Positions 1 to 9,891 of a DNA stretch of 57,537 bases are shown here, one piece after another. Position 1 is the stretch's first letter; each line of letters starts with the position of its first letter. The position numbers and the translations under genes were made by a program. Where the stretch lies: NCBI GenBank assembly GCA_031400185.1, contig JANNPN010000435.1, positions 1 to 57,537 on the forward strand. The letters run 5' to 3'. Below the pieces are notes generated by a model, which was not told where the DNA came from, searched no databases, and worked only from the letters and a program-made list of their open reading frames with translations. The DNA is from Polyangiaceae bacterium. GTDB lineage: Bacteria > Desulfobacterota > Binatia > UTPRO1.

Positions 1-2
1 AA

Positions 3-1265
3 GGCGCCGCGCGGCGCGCCCGCCGCGTGGATGGTGTCGTTTATGGGCGTCGCCGCGACCTCGGTCGGGCCGACGCACTCGTCGTTCGCGGGCGGCGGAT
101 ACTCGTTCACGAGGACGTCGATCCCGCTCGTGACCACGCCGACGGAGACGGTCACGGACTCCACGTCGGCAGTAACGTCGGGTGGATCAGTGCCGGCCTC
201 GTTCGCACCGTTCCAGAACTCGGCCGGTCCCGGAACGGCGATCGGCGGGCTGAGCGGCCCGACGGCCGAGCCCCCGACGAAGTTCGGATGGACGCTTTCG
301 ATCTCGATCGTGTAGTCGCCCGCCGGCAGGCCGGCGAGCTCGTAGAGCCCACGGAGCGCCGGAGGCGGCGGACCGCCCGCGGGGCCGATGGCATAGCGCG
401 CGCCCGACACCTGGCTGACCGCCGTCTCGAACGGGTCGGTGAGCAACCGCGCAACGACGTTGGCACCCTGGAAAGGCGTCGTGCCGTCGGCCAGGAACAC
501 GCTGCCCGTGACCGTGGCGAAACTCGTCGCGAAGGATGGGGCGGGGTAGATCGCCGAGATCGCAACGACATCGTCGAGATGCAGCGTCCCCATCGCGGTG
601 CCGTTCACCAGAATCGGGAACATGGTGGCGAGTGCCGCGTCGTTGCTGGGGTTGCCGTCGAAGGCCTGCGCCAGACCGACCTGCGAGTGGTCGAGGCCGA
701 GGTAGTGACCGAACTCGTGAATCATGACCGCGTCGAACTCGTCAGCGGTGAGCTCTGGGTTCGTGGCATTGTCGACGCCGTCGAGGAAACGCCCGTTCAG
801 CACCGCGAGGCCCTCGGTCACCTCCGGCGGCACGTAGGTGCCACAGTTGATCGCCGCGAACCCGATGATGTGATCCCTGGCGCCTATCCCGTAGACGTCG
901 TCGGTGATCGAGCCGTCGTTGTCGTAGATGACGGGACTCAGGCCGTCCCCGCAGATGCCGAAGTACGTCGGGTAGTTGTTGACGTTCACGTCGACCGGCA
1001 GCTGCCCGGCGTTCGACATGACGACCGTCGACGTGGAGACGTCGGTCCAGACCTGCGCGTCGCTCACGAGACGGGCGGTGGCGGTCCCGTTGCTCATGGT
1101 GCCGAGCCCCCCGCGGTCGGGGTTGAACGGCGCGACACCGCCCGGCCACGCGACGGGCTGGCCGGCGCCGTTCACGATGTTCGGGCCGCCGGCGTACGCG
1201 GGAACCGCGAGCACGGTCGCGAGCACGCCCGCGACGCACGCCAGGAGACGGCGGAACGCGGTCAC
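3..1265 (-). CDS. Secreted matrixin-like (metzincin) zinc metalloprotease, 3' end beyond the window edge
   Basis: Not in the ORF track; translated by hand from GTG at 1265, which overlaps the upstream TGA (GTGA). Signal peptide MTAFRRLLACVAGVLATVLAVPAYA, HEFGHYLGLDH zinc motif at about 687-719, Met-turn ATMFP, then a beta-rich domain and PPPANDEC. No stop before the window start. Confidence 0.88.
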   Translation of the reverse strand, partial: MTAFRRLLACVAGVLATVLAVPAYAGGPNIVNGAGQPVAWPGGVAPFNPDRGGLGTMSNGTATARLVSDAQVWTDVSTSTVVMSNAGQLPVDVNVNNYPTYFGICGDGLSPVIYDNDGSITDDVYGIGARDHIIGFAAINCGTYVPPEVTEGLAVLNGRFLDGVDNATNPELTADEFDAVMIHEFGHYLGLDHSQVGLAQAFDGNPSNDAALATMFPILVNGTAMGTLHLDDVVAISAIYPAPSFATSFATVTGSVFLADGTTPFQGANVVARLLTDPFETAVSQVSGARYAIGPAGGPPPPALRGLYELAGLPAGDYTIEIESVHPNFVGGSAVGPLSPPIAVPGPAEFWNGANEAGTDPPDVTADVESVTVSVGVVTSGIDVLVNEYPPPANDECVGPTEVAATPINDTIHAAGAPRGA

Positions 1266-1804
1266 GGCTGCCGCGCCATCTCGGCTTCGATCGCGCGCAG
1301 CAGCGCGTCGAGCTCGGTCGTCGTCGCGGCCGTTTTTGGATCCCGGACGCGCGCGCTTCCGGCCGCCTGCTCGACGCGAAAGACGCCGTCCGCGAGGCCG
1401 ACCGGGCTCGTGAAGCCGCGCGTGCTCGGCCGGCGGAGCAGCAGCACGACCTCTTCACCCGCGCGGTAGCCCGGCAGGTCGGCGACGTGCAGGAGCGAGC
1501 CGGCAACGGGCTCGCCGCTACCGCCGAGCTGCTTGAAGGTGAGACGCTGGCGCGCCGCCCCCTTCAACGTGCGCGCCACGTCGACGGTCACCCACGTCGC
1601 GAGTATTCCCGACTCGTCCGGGCTCGTTGCGACGGCGGCGACGACGCCGTGGACGATGTCGCCGGCCTCGTGCACCTGCTCGCCGAGCGTCATCTGGCGC
1701 AGCGTCAGGGCGTCGGCGCCACCAGCGGCGGTCACGACGCTCACGACCGCGAAGAACACCGCGGCCAGCCTCGGGCGAACGGATCTCCTGGAGGGGGTCG
1801 GCAC
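1262..1804 (-). CDS. Small secreted protein homologous to the N-terminal domain of the matrixin at 35824 (OB/TIMP-like fold inferred)
   Basis: Signal peptide ending in ADA, motifs AGDIVHGVV, TLKG, QLGG and YRAGEEVVLLL; translationally coupled to the downstream protease. Confidence 0.8.
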   Translation of the reverse strand: MPTPSRRSVRPRLAAVFFAVVSVVTAAGGADALTLRQMTLGEQVHEAGDIVHGVVAAVATSPDESGILATWVTVDVARTLKGAARQRLTFKQLGGSGEPVAGSLLHVADLPGYRAGEEVVLLLRRPSTRGFTSPVGLADGVFRVEQAAGSARVRDPKTAATTTELDALLRAIEAEMARQP

Positions 1805-1914
1805 GCGGCTCGTCTAGCAGAGCGGCCGCGTCCAAGTCATCCGAAATCGGACGCGAGCCTCACGCGATGGTGCGCGCATCGCCGTGGCGCGCCTCGTCGA
1901 CGCGCCGCATCGGA

Positions 1915-3414
1915 TCACGCCCCCCTCGTGCTCCGCACCCGCACGACCGCGTCCTTCCATCCCGCGTATGCCGCCTCGCGCTCCTCGGACTTCATCTTCG
2001 GCTTGAATACCTTGTCGACGGCGCGGACCCGCTCCAGCTCCGCCTGCGTCCAGAAGCTCGTGCCGAGACCGGCGAGAAAGGCCGCGCCGGTCGCGGTCGT
2101 CTCGACGACCTTCGGGCGATCGACGGTGGTCCCGAGGACGTCGGCCTGGAACTGCATCAGAAAGTCGTTGGCGGCGGCGCCGCCGTCGACGCGGAGCGCC
2201 GCGATCGGCTTGCTCGCGTCGGCGGCCATCGTCTCGACGACGTCACGGGTCTGGAAGGCGAGCGACTCGAGCGCGGCCCGCACCACATGCTCGCGCTCGA
2301 CGCCGCGCGTGAGCCCGAGGATCGCCCCCCGTGCATCGGGGTCCCAGTACGGGGCGCCGAGCCCGACGAACGCTGGGACGACGTACACGCCGAGGCTCGA
2401 CTTCACTTTCCGCGCCATGGCTTCGCTCTCCCCGGCGTTCTTGAGGATCTTGAGGCCGTCGCGGAGCCACTGCACGACGGCACCCGCGATGAACACCGAG
2501 CCTTCGAGCGCATAGGTCGGCGCGCCGCCGGCGCCGCACGCGATCGTCGTCACGAGCCCGCGCTCCGACGCGACGGCCTCGCTGCCGGTCTGCATCAGCA
2601 CGAAGCAGCCGGTGCCGTACGTGTTCTTCACCATGCCGGGCGCGAAGCAGCCCTGCCCGAAGAGCGCCGCCTGCTGATCGCCGGCGATGCCCGCGATCAG
2701 GACCGGCGCGCCGAGCAGGCGCGGCTCGGTCTCGCCGATGACGCCGCTCGACGGCCGCACCTCGGGCACCATCGCCATCGGCACGTCGAAGAGCCGCAGG
2801 AGCTCGGGATCCCAGCCGCGGCCGTGGATGTTGTAGAGCAGCGTCCGCGACGCGTTGGTCGGGTCGGTCACGTGCACCTTGCCGGCCGTGAGCTTCCACA
2901 CGAGCCAGCTGTCGATGGTGCCGAAGACGAGGTCGCCGGCCGCCGCCCGCGCGCGTGCGCCGCGGACGTTGTCGAGGATCCACGCCACCTTCGTCGCCGA
3001 GAAGTAGGGGTCGAGAACGAGCCCGGTCTTGGCGCGCACCTCGGCCTCGGCCCCCTCGTCCTTGAGGCCCGCGCAGACAGATGCGGTCCGCCGGTCCTGC
3101 CACACGATCGCGCGATGGATCGGCTGACCGGTGCGGCGATCCCACACGACCGTCGTCTCCCGTTGGTTCGTGATGCCGATCGCCGCGAGCGCGCCGGCCT
3201 TGATCCGTGCCTTCCGGATCCCCTGGCGCGCGACCGCGAGCGTCACCCGCCAGATCTCCTCGGCGTCGTGCTCGACCCAGCCGGGCTTCGGATAGTGCTG
3301 GCGGAACTCGGAGTAGGCGCGGCCCGCGATGCGACCGCGACGGTCGAACACGAGCACCGTGGACCCCGTCGTTCCCTGGTCGATCGCCATCACGTGTGTC
3401 GGCTTCGTCGCCAT
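1915..3414 (-). CDS. glpK: Glycerol kinase
   Basis: [44 protein letters not shown] and DGGA motifs; ATG at 3414 with GGGAGG upstream. Confidence 0.97.
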   Translation of the reverse strand: MATKPTHVMAIDQGTTGSTVLVFDRRGRIAGRAYSEFRQHYPKPGWVEHDAEEIWRVTLAVARQGIRKARIKAGALAAIGITNQRETTVVWDRRTGQPIHRAIVWQDRRTASVCAGLKDEGAEAEVRAKTGLVLDPYFSATKVAWILDNVRGARARAAAGDLVFGTIDSWLVWKLTAGKVHVTDPTNASRTLLYNIHGRGWDPELLRLFDVPMAMVPEVRPSSGVIGETEPRLLGAPVLIAGIAGDQQAALFGQGCFAPGMVKNTYGTGCFVLMQTGSEAVASERGLVTTIACGAGGAPTYALEGSVFIAGAVVQWLRDGLKILKNAGESEAMARKVKSSLGVYVVPAFVGLGAPYWDPDARGAILGLTRGVEREHVVRAALESLAFQTRDVVETMAADASKPIAALRVDGGAAANDFLMQFQADVLGTTVDRPKVVETTATGAAFLAGLGTSFWTQAELERVRAVDKVFKPKMKSEEREAAYAGWKDAVVRVRSTRGA

Positions 3415-3551
3415 CCGTTCCTCCCGCGCCGGTGATTGCGCTCGCGAGCGCGCGGCGCTCTTACCAGCTCGCCCACGCGGCGACCACCACGGCGACCGAT
3501 CTTGCGAGCGACCTTGCGCCCCTCGGGTACGGGCCCTATCATCCGCCAACC

Positions 3552-4265
3552 ATGGCGCGGCGGATCACGCCCGAGCGCATCGTCAGCGAAGCGGGAGCCG
3601 AGCTGGCGGCGGCCTTCGGATCGGCGCTGCGCACCGTCGTCGTGTACGGCAGCGCGGGCCACTCCGACTTCCGTCCCGAGCGTTCCGACGTGAACTTCGC
3701 CGCCGTCGCCGAGCCGGTGACGTTCGCGCACCTGCAACGCGTCGCTCAATGGTATGCGCGCTGGCGCGGCGAGCGGGTGGCCGCTCCTCTCTTGCTCGCA
3801 CCATCCGACTTGAGCCGGTCGCTCGACGTCTTCCCGCTCGAGATGCTCGACATCCAGAGCCGCCACCGGACGCTCGCAGGCGACGACCTCTTCACCAGCA
3901 TCGTCGTCGCGCCGGCCAACGTCCGCCTCGAGTGCGAGCGCGAGGCCAAGGGCAAGCTGGTCCGCCTCCGCGCGCTCTATCTCGAGCTCGCCGGCTCGAC
4001 GACCGAGGTGCGCGAGCTGATGCTCGACTCCCGGAAGACGTTCCTCCACGTGATGCGCGGGCTGCTGTTTCTCCGCGGGGTTGCGTGGGAGCCGCGCGAG
4101 GCCGAAGCGGTCGCGGCCTTCACCCGCACCTTCGGGCGCGCGCTGCCCGTGCTCGAGATCCTCGCCACCCGCCACGATCCGGGTGCGATCGAGAACCGCT
4201 TCGCCGAGTACCTGGACGAGATCGAGGGGCTGGCACTCCTCGCCGACGGGACCGCGAGCGAATGA
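3552..4265 (+). CDS. Pol-beta-like nucleotidyltransferase-fold protein (GS...DxN) with helical C-terminal domain
   Basis: [20 protein letters not shown] motif and DVFPLE; ATG at 3552; ATGA overlap with the TPM gene. Confidence 0.75.
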   Translation: MARRITPERIVSEAGAELAAAFGSALRTVVVYGSAGHSDFRPERSDVNFAAVAEPVTFAHLQRVAQWYARWRGERVAAPLLLAPSDLSRSLDVFPLEMLDIQSRHRTLAGDDLFTSIVVAPANVRLECEREAKGKLVRLRALYLELAGSTTEVRELMLDSRKTFLHVMRGLLFLRGVAWEPREAEAVAAFTRTFGRALPVLEILATRHDPGAIENRFAEYLDEIEGLALLADGTASE

Positions 4266-5047
4266 ACACCGTCCGGCGGCTGCGGCTCGCGTGCGTACTC
4301 GTGGCGCTTGCGGGGGCGTCGGCTGCGGCGGCGCCCGCGCCGTTGCCTTCACCGCTCGGCTTCGTCTCCGACTTTGCCGGAATGATCGACCCGGCGACCG
4401 AAAAGCGCCTCACCGACCGGATCCGCGAGCTGAAGCAGAAGACCGGCTCCGAGATCGCCGTCGTGACGGTCCCGACGACGCAGCCCGACCCGGTGCCGGA
4501 GCGCGCCGTCCGCCTGGCGGAAGCCTGGAAGCCCGGCGACCCCTCCAAGGACAACGGCGTGCTCTTTCTGATCGCGGTCGAGGACCGCGAGCTATTCATC
4601 GCGACCGGCTACGGCATCGAGGGCGCGCTCCCCGACGGGCTCGTCGGCGAGATCCGCGACCGCACCATCGTTCCCAAGTTCCGCGAGGGGAACCTCGCGG
4701 CCGGCATCGAGGCCGGCGTCGACCGCATGGCGGCGATCATCGCGCGCGAGTACAACGTCGAGCTCACCGGCTCGCCGTCGCCCGACGGACCCGCGCCCCG
4801 CCGTTTCACGACCGGCGACGTCATCATCCTCGCCATCATCCTGTTGATCATCCTCGGACCGTATTTCTTCTCGTCGAACGGCCCGCCGGGCGCTTCCAGG
4901 ACGCGGCGGCGCCGTTCGTGGGACGTCGGCCCGCCGATGTGGGGTGGCACGTTCGGCGGCGGCGGGTTCGGGGGGAGCGGCGGCGGTGGGTTCGGCGGAT
5001 TCGGTGGCGGCAGCTTCGGCGGCGGCGGCGCCGGCGGCAAGTGGTAA
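4262..5047 (+). CDS. TPM domain protein (YgcG-like) with TM helix and Gly-rich tail
   Basis: Signal peptide, VSDFAG, EIAVVTV, DNGVLFLIA, GYGIEGALPD, and C-terminal GGGSFGGGGAGGKW. Confidence 0.93.
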   Translation: MNTVRRLRLACVLVALAGASAAAAPAPLPSPLGFVSDFAGMIDPATEKRLTDRIRELKQKTGSEIAVVTVPTTQPDPVPERAVRLAEAWKPGDPSKDNGVLFLIAVEDRELFIATGYGIEGALPDGLVGEIRDRTIVPKFREGNLAAGIEAGVDRMAAIIAREYNVELTGSPSPDGPAPRRFTTGDVIILAIILLIILGPYFFSSNGPPGASRTRRRRSWDVGPPMWGGTFGGGGFGGSGGGGFGGFGGGSFGGGGAGGKW

Positions 5048-5069
5048 CTCACTTCAAGGAGGAGACATC

Positions 5070-5636
5070 ATGACGCGTGCACGCACGATGCTCACGACGA
5101 CGGTCACCCTGACGCTGGTTGCCCTGTCGCTTTCGGGCTGCAGCTACAATCGACTGGTCAGTCTGCGCGAGGCGATCGACGGTGCCTGGGCGCAGGTCGA
5201 GAACCAGTTGCAGCGCCGGAACGACCTGATCCCGAACCTGATCGAGGTGACCAAAGGCTACGCGGCGCACGAGAAGGGCATCTTCGAAGCCGTTGCGAAC
5301 GCCCGTGCCCGCATGCTCGCGGCCGGCGGCTCGCGGGACGAAAAGATCGCCGCGTCGGGCGAGCTGTCATCGGCGCTTTCGCGCCTGCTCGCGCTCGCCG
5401 AGAACTACCCCAACTTGAAGGCCGACACGCAGTTCAACCGACTCTCGGACGAGCTCGCAGGCACCGAGAACCGGATCGCGACCGAACGGCGGCGCTACAA
5501 CGAGGTCGTCCAGGAGTACAACACCCTCACCAAGAGCTTCCCCGCGGTGATCACCGCGAAGGCCCTCGGCTTCACCGAGCAGAAGTACTTCGAGGCACCG
5601 GAGTCGGCGAAGCAGGTGCCGCAGGTGAAGTTCTGA
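5070..5636 (+). CDS. lemA: LemA family protein (lipobox LSGC)
   Basis: WAQVENQLQRRNDLIPNL, ENYPNLKA and TENRIATERRRYN; AGGAGG RBS. Confidence 0.95.
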   Translation: MTRARTMLTTTVTLTLVALSLSGCSYNRLVSLREAIDGAWAQVENQLQRRNDLIPNLIEVTKGYAAHEKGIFEAVANARARMLAAGGSRDEKIAASGELSSALSRLLALAENYPNLKADTQFNRLSDELAGTENRIATERRRYNEVVQEYNTLTKSFPAVITAKALGFTEQKYFEAPESAKQVPQVKF

Positions 5637-5640
5637 TTCC

Positions 5641-6570
5641 GTGCGCATCCTGATCGCCGGCACGGGCGGCGTCGGCGGCTTTTTCGGCGCCGGACTCGCC
5701 CGGGCCGGGTACGACGTCGTCTTCCTCGCACGCGGTGCGAACCTCGCAGCGCTCCAGTCGGCCGGGCTCACCGTCGAGAGCGTCGACGGCGATTTCCACC
5801 TTTCGCGCATCACCGCAGTCGACCGCGTCGACGGGCTCGAGCCGTTCGGGCTCGTGCTCGTCACCGTCAAGTCGTACGACACCGCAGCGGTCGCGCGGCA
5901 GATCGCGCCGGTCGTGCGCGAGGACGCCGTCGTGCTGTCGCTGCAGAACGGGGTCGAGAACGAGTCGCTGCTCGCGGCGGAGCTCGACCTCCCGCCGCTC
6001 ATGGGCGCCATGACCGAGATCGGGGCCGAGCTCACGGCGCCCGGCGCCGTCCGCCACGTCGCCGAGGGGACGATCTTCTTCGGCGAGATGACGGGTCACG
6101 AGAGCCCGCGTGGGCGGAACCTCGCGACGCTCCTGACCGGGGCCGGCATCCGGCACCGCATGACCCGCGACATTCAGGCCGCGCTCTGGGGGAAGCTCAT
6201 GTGGAACGCCGCGCACAACGCGGTGACGGCCATCACCCACACGACCGCCGGCCAGGCCGCCAACCTCGACGCGACGGCCGACGTGCTGCGCGCCGCCATG
6301 CACGAGGTGGTCGCGGTCGCCCGAGCGCAAGGCATCCTCGTCGACCCGGCGCGAGTCGAGACGACCCTCGCGTTCTCGCGTGAGCATCTCGGGACGCTCC
6401 GCACCTCGATGCTGCAGGATCTCGAGCGCGGTCGTCGCCTCGAGCACGACGCGATCAACGGCGCCGTCATCCGGTTCGGCGAGGCCGTCGGGGTCCCGAC
6501 CCCGGTCAACCGCACTCTCTACGGCCTCCTCGCGGCGCTCGACCCCGGGCGCGGCCCTGCCACGAGGTAG
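5641..6570 (+). CDS. panE: 2-dehydropantoate 2-reductase (PanE/ApbA family)
   Basis: GTGGVG, VKSYD, LQNG, W-x-K-L-x-x-N and SMLQD...LEHDAING motifs. Confidence 0.88.
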   Translation: MRILIAGTGGVGGFFGAGLARAGYDVVFLARGANLAALQSAGLTVESVDGDFHLSRITAVDRVDGLEPFGLVLVTVKSYDTAAVARQIAPVVREDAVVLSLQNGVENESLLAAELDLPPLMGAMTEIGAELTAPGAVRHVAEGTIFFGEMTGHESPRGRNLATLLTGAGIRHRMTRDIQAALWGKLMWNAAHNAVTAITHTTAGQAANLDATADVLRAAMHEVVAVARAQGILVDPARVETTLAFSREHLGTLRTSMLQDLERGRRLEHDAINGAVIRFGEAVGVPTPVNRTLYGLLAALDPGRGPATR

Positions 6571-6577
6571 CCCGACG

Positions 6578-6850
6578 ATGGATCTCCGATTCTTTCTGAC
6601 CGTCTTCACGACGGTCTTCCTCGCCGAGCTCGGCGACAAGACCCAGCTCGCGACGTTCCTCTACGCGGCCGACGCCGAGCACTCGAAGGTCACGGTCTTC
6701 CTCGGCGCCGCGGCGGCGCTCGTCGTGACGTCGGCGATCGGGGTCGCGCTCGGCGGCGTCGTCGCGCAATACGTGAGCCCGCGCGTGCTGTCGTGGCTCG
6801 CGGGCGCCGGCTTCATCGCGATCGGGCTCTGGACGATCGCGCGCGCGTGA
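6578..6850 (+). CDS. TMEM165/GDT1 (UPF0016) family protein, single-repeat form
   Basis: FLAELGDKTQLA motif, 90 aa, three hydrophobic segments. Confidence 0.92.
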   Translation: MDLRFFLTVFTTVFLAELGDKTQLATFLYAADAEHSKVTVFLGAAAALVVTSAIGVALGGVVAQYVSPRVLSWLAGAGFIAIGLWTIARA

Positions 6851-6865
6851 GGCGGTACCGCGTGA

Positions 6866-8311
6866 CTACAGCGAGAGGAATCCCATGCGCGCGAGCTGCA
6901 TCCAGATCGCGGGAAAGACACCGACGATCACCGTCATCACGGCGGAGAGCACGATCGACGTGATCAGGTACGGCTGGCGCGCGACGCGGCCCGGATCCTC
7001 GGCGCCCGGCGTCAGATACATCGCGATCAGCACCCGGACGTAGTACGCGGCGGAGATCGCGCTGTTGAGGACACCGATTACGGCGAGCACGTAGTACCCC
7101 TCGCGGATCGCGGCGGTGAAGATGTAGAGCTTGCCGGCGAAGCCCGCGAGCGGCGGGATGCCGGTCAGCGACAGCATGAAGATCGTCATGGTGACGCCGA
7201 GGAGCGGACGGCGGAAGCCGAGGCCAGCATAGTCGTCGAGGGTCTCGTTGGGATCGCCGACCGAGCCGAGCGCCGCAACGACGCCGAACGCGCCGAGCGT
7301 CATGAACGAGTAGACGAGCAGATAGAAGAGCGCCGCGATGCCGCCGGCGGCGCCCGACGCGACCAGCGCTACCAGAATGTAACCGGCGTGCGCGATGCTC
7401 GAGTACGCCAGCATCCGCTTCACGCTCGTCTGTGCGAGGGCCAGCACGTTGCCGACGGTCATCGTGAGCGCCGCGATCACCCAGAGCAGCACCGACCAGT
7501 CGGCGTGGAGACCGCCGAGGCCGTGCAGGAAGATGCGGACGAACGCGGCGAAGCCGGCGGCCTTCACCGCGACCGCCATGAGGGCGGTGACCGTCGTCGG
7601 CGCGCCCTCGTAGACGTCCGGCGTCCACATGTGGAAGGGCACCGCGGCGACCTTGAAGCCGAACGCGACGATCAGCATCGCGACGCCGGTGAGCAGCATC
7701 GTGCGGTTCTGCGTATCCGCCACGGCCGCCGCGATCTGATCCAGGCGAAAGGAGCCCGTCGCTCCGTAGATGAGCGCGATCCCGTACAGCAGGAACCCGG
7801 TCGCGAACGCGCCGAGCAGGAAATACTTCATTGCCGCTTCGTTCGAGCGGCGCTGCGTCCGCCATGCGCCCGCGAGCACGTAGACGCTGATCGACATCAC
7901 CTCGAGCCCGAGGAAGATGACGATGAGGTCCGTCCCCGACGCCATCACGATCATGCCGACGATCGCGAAGCTCACGAGGCCGTAGTAGTCGCCGGCCGGG
8001 ATGCCGGTGCCTTCGAGGTAGGTCATCGACATCAACACGACGACGATCCCAGCCACGATGAAGAGCACGTCGAAGAAGATCGCGTAGCCGTCGAGCGCGA
8101 AGGTGCCGTTGAAGGTGGTGGCCTTCTCGCCGGCGGCGAGGCACGCGGTGGCGATCGCGCTGATCACGAGCCCAACGAGCGCCACCCAGCCGAGCGACTC
8201 GTCGTCGTCGACGTAGAGGCCGAGAGCGAGGAGCACGAGCCCGAGCAACGTCACCAGGCCGACGGGCACGACGGCGAACCAGTTGATGGGCGGCAGCGTC
8301 AACACTTCCAT
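6866..8311 (-). CDS. nuoN: NADH-quinone oxidoreductase subunit N
   Basis: EAAMKYFLLG, FKVAAVPFHMWTPDVYEGAP and KRMLAYSSIAHAGY. Confidence 0.97.
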   Translation of the reverse strand: MEVLTLPPINWFAVVPVGLVTLLGLVLLALGLYVDDDESLGWVALVGLVISAIATACLAAGEKATTFNGTFALDGYAIFFDVLFIVAGIVVVLMSMTYLEGTGIPAGDYYGLVSFAIVGMIVMASGTDLIVIFLGLEVMSISVYVLAGAWRTQRRSNEAAMKYFLLGAFATGFLLYGIALIYGATGSFRLDQIAAAVADTQNRTMLLTGVAMLIVAFGFKVAAVPFHMWTPDVYEGAPTTVTALMAVAVKAAGFAAFVRIFLHGLGGLHADWSVLLWVIAALTMTVGNVLALAQTSVKRMLAYSSIAHAGYILVALVASGAAGGIAALFYLLVYSFMTLGAFGVVAALGSVGDPNETLDDYAGLGFRRPLLGVTMTIFMLSLTGIPPLAGFAGKLYIFTAAIREGYYVLAVIGVLNSAISAAYYVRVLIAMYLTPGAEDPGRVARQPYLITSIVLSAVMTVIVGVFPAIWMQLARMGFLSL

Positions 8312-9891
8312 CAGCCGCCCCCTCCCCGCTTCGTCGGCTGCGCGTGCGCGTGGTGGTCCTCGACGGCGACTGGACTCGGCTGATGCTTCGCTATGCGCGC
8401 GAGGAGCGCCTTCACCGAGGGCTCCATCGTCCGCAGGAACGGCGCGGGATAGATCCCCATCACGACGATCATCGCGACGACCGGCGCCAACACTGCGATC
8501 TCACGCGGGCGCAGGTCCTCGAGCTTTAGGTTCTCCTCGTGCCGCACGGGACCGAAGACGACGCGCTGGAACATCCACAGCATGTAGACGGCGCCGAGGA
8601 TGAGGCCACTCGACGCGAGGACGGTCGCGGTGCGGCTCTGACCGAACGCCCCGAGCAGGATCAGGAACTCGCCGACGAAGCCGTTCAGACCTGGCAGCCC
8701 GACCGACGAGAACGTCACGATCAGGAAGACGGCCGCCCAGCGCGGGATTGGCTTCCAGAGCCCGCCGAACTCGGCGATCTGCCGGGTGTGGCGACGCTCG
8801 TAGATCATGCCGACCATGAGAAACAGCGCACCGGTGGAGAGCCCGTGGTTCAGCATTTGATAGATGGCGCCCTCGACGCCCATCTGGTTCACCGAGAAGA
8901 GGCCGAGCATGACGAAACCGAGGTGCGAGACCGACGAGTACGCGACGAGCTTCTTCAGGTCCGGCTGCACCATCGCGACCATCGCGCCGTAAATGATGCC
9001 GACCACGGCGAGGCCGAGCATGAAGGGCGTCGCTGCCGCCGTTGCCACGGGGAAGAGCGGCATTGCGAAGCGGAGGAAACCGTAGGTCCCGAGCTTCAGC
9101 ATGACGCCGGCGAGGATCACCGAGCCACCGGTCGGCGCCTCGACGTGCGCGTCGGGGAGCCAGGTGTGGAGGGGGAACATCGGCACCTTGACCGCGAACG
9201 CCAGCGCGAACGCGGCGAAGAGCCAGCCCTGCTCGATCGGCGTGAGCGCGACGTCGTAGAGCAGACGGACGTCGAAGGTCGTCGGCGCGCCGGCCCGCAC
9301 GTGGGCGCCGACGAGGTAGAGAATAGCGAGCAGCATGAGCAGGCTCGCCGTGAGCGTGTAGAGCAGGAACTTGATCGACGCGTAGACGCGGCGCTGCCCG
9401 CCCCAGATGCCGATGATGAAATACATCGGCACGAGCATCAGCTCCCAGAAGACGTAGAAGAGGAAGAGGTCGAGCGCGACGAACGCGCCGATCATCCCGG
9501 TCTCGAGCATCAGCATGAAGAAGAAGTATTCCTTCACATGCTTCTGCACGTCGCCGAACGAGAACAGGATCACGATCGGCGTGAGAAACGTGGTGAGGAG
9601 CACCAGGAACAGGCTCACCCCGTCGACGCCGATCAGGTACTGGATGCCCCAGTCGGGGATCCACGGCTTCTGCTCGAGGTACTGGAAGTCCGCGTACTCC
9701 GGAAGAAACCCGGCCCACAGCGCCAACGACAGGAAGAACGTCACCAGCGAGAACGCGAACGCGGCGCGCTTGGCGCCGTCGACCTGCTCGCGCGGCAGCA
9801 GCAACACGAGGAAGGCGCCGATCATCGGCGTCCACACGATGAGGCTCAGCAGCACGTTGCCACTCGGCGGGGCGCCCTCGAGGCCGCTCAT
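8311..9891 (-). CDS. nuoM: NADH-quinone oxidoreductase subunit M
   Basis: FYVFWELMLVPMY, KVPMFPLHTWLPDAHVEAPT and AYSSVSHLG. Confidence 0.97.
   Translation of the reverse strand: MSGLEGAPPSGNVLLSLIVWTPMIGAFLVLLLPREQVDGAKRAAFAFSLVTFFLSLALWAGFLPEYADFQYLEQKPWIPDWGIQYLIGVDGVSLFLVLLTTFLTPIVILFSFGDVQKHVKEYFFFMLMLETGMIGAFVALDLFLFYVFWELMLVPMYFIIGIWGGQRRVYASIKFLLYTLTASLLMLLAILYLVGAHVRAGAPTTFDVRLLYDVALTPIEQGWLFAAFALAFAVKVPMFPLHTWLPDAHVEAPTGGSVILAGVMLKLGTYGFLRFAMPLFPVATAAATPFMLGLAVVGIIYGAMVAMVQPDLKKLVAYSSVSHLGFVMLGLFSVNQMGVEGAIYQMLNHGLSTGALFLMVGMIYERRHTRQIAEFGGLWKPIPRWAAVFLIVTFSSVGLPGLNGFVGEFLILLGAFGQSRTATVLASSGLILGAVYMLWMFQRVVFGPVRHEENLKLEDLRPREIAVLAPVVAMIVVMGIYPAPFLRTMEPSVKALLARIAKHQPSPVAVEDHHAHAQPTKRGGGG

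Noticed and set aside
27-1469. 480-aa plus-strand ORF and many other long Arg/Ala-rich ORFs (e.g. 23693-26395, 34828-37800 upstream part, 38630-41098, 52560-55229)
   Set aside because: Shadow frames of real genes in high-GC DNA; no motifs.
4940-5045. GGC-rich tandem repeats
   Set aside because: Encode the normal Gly-rich tail of the TPM protein; not a CRISPR or VNTR.
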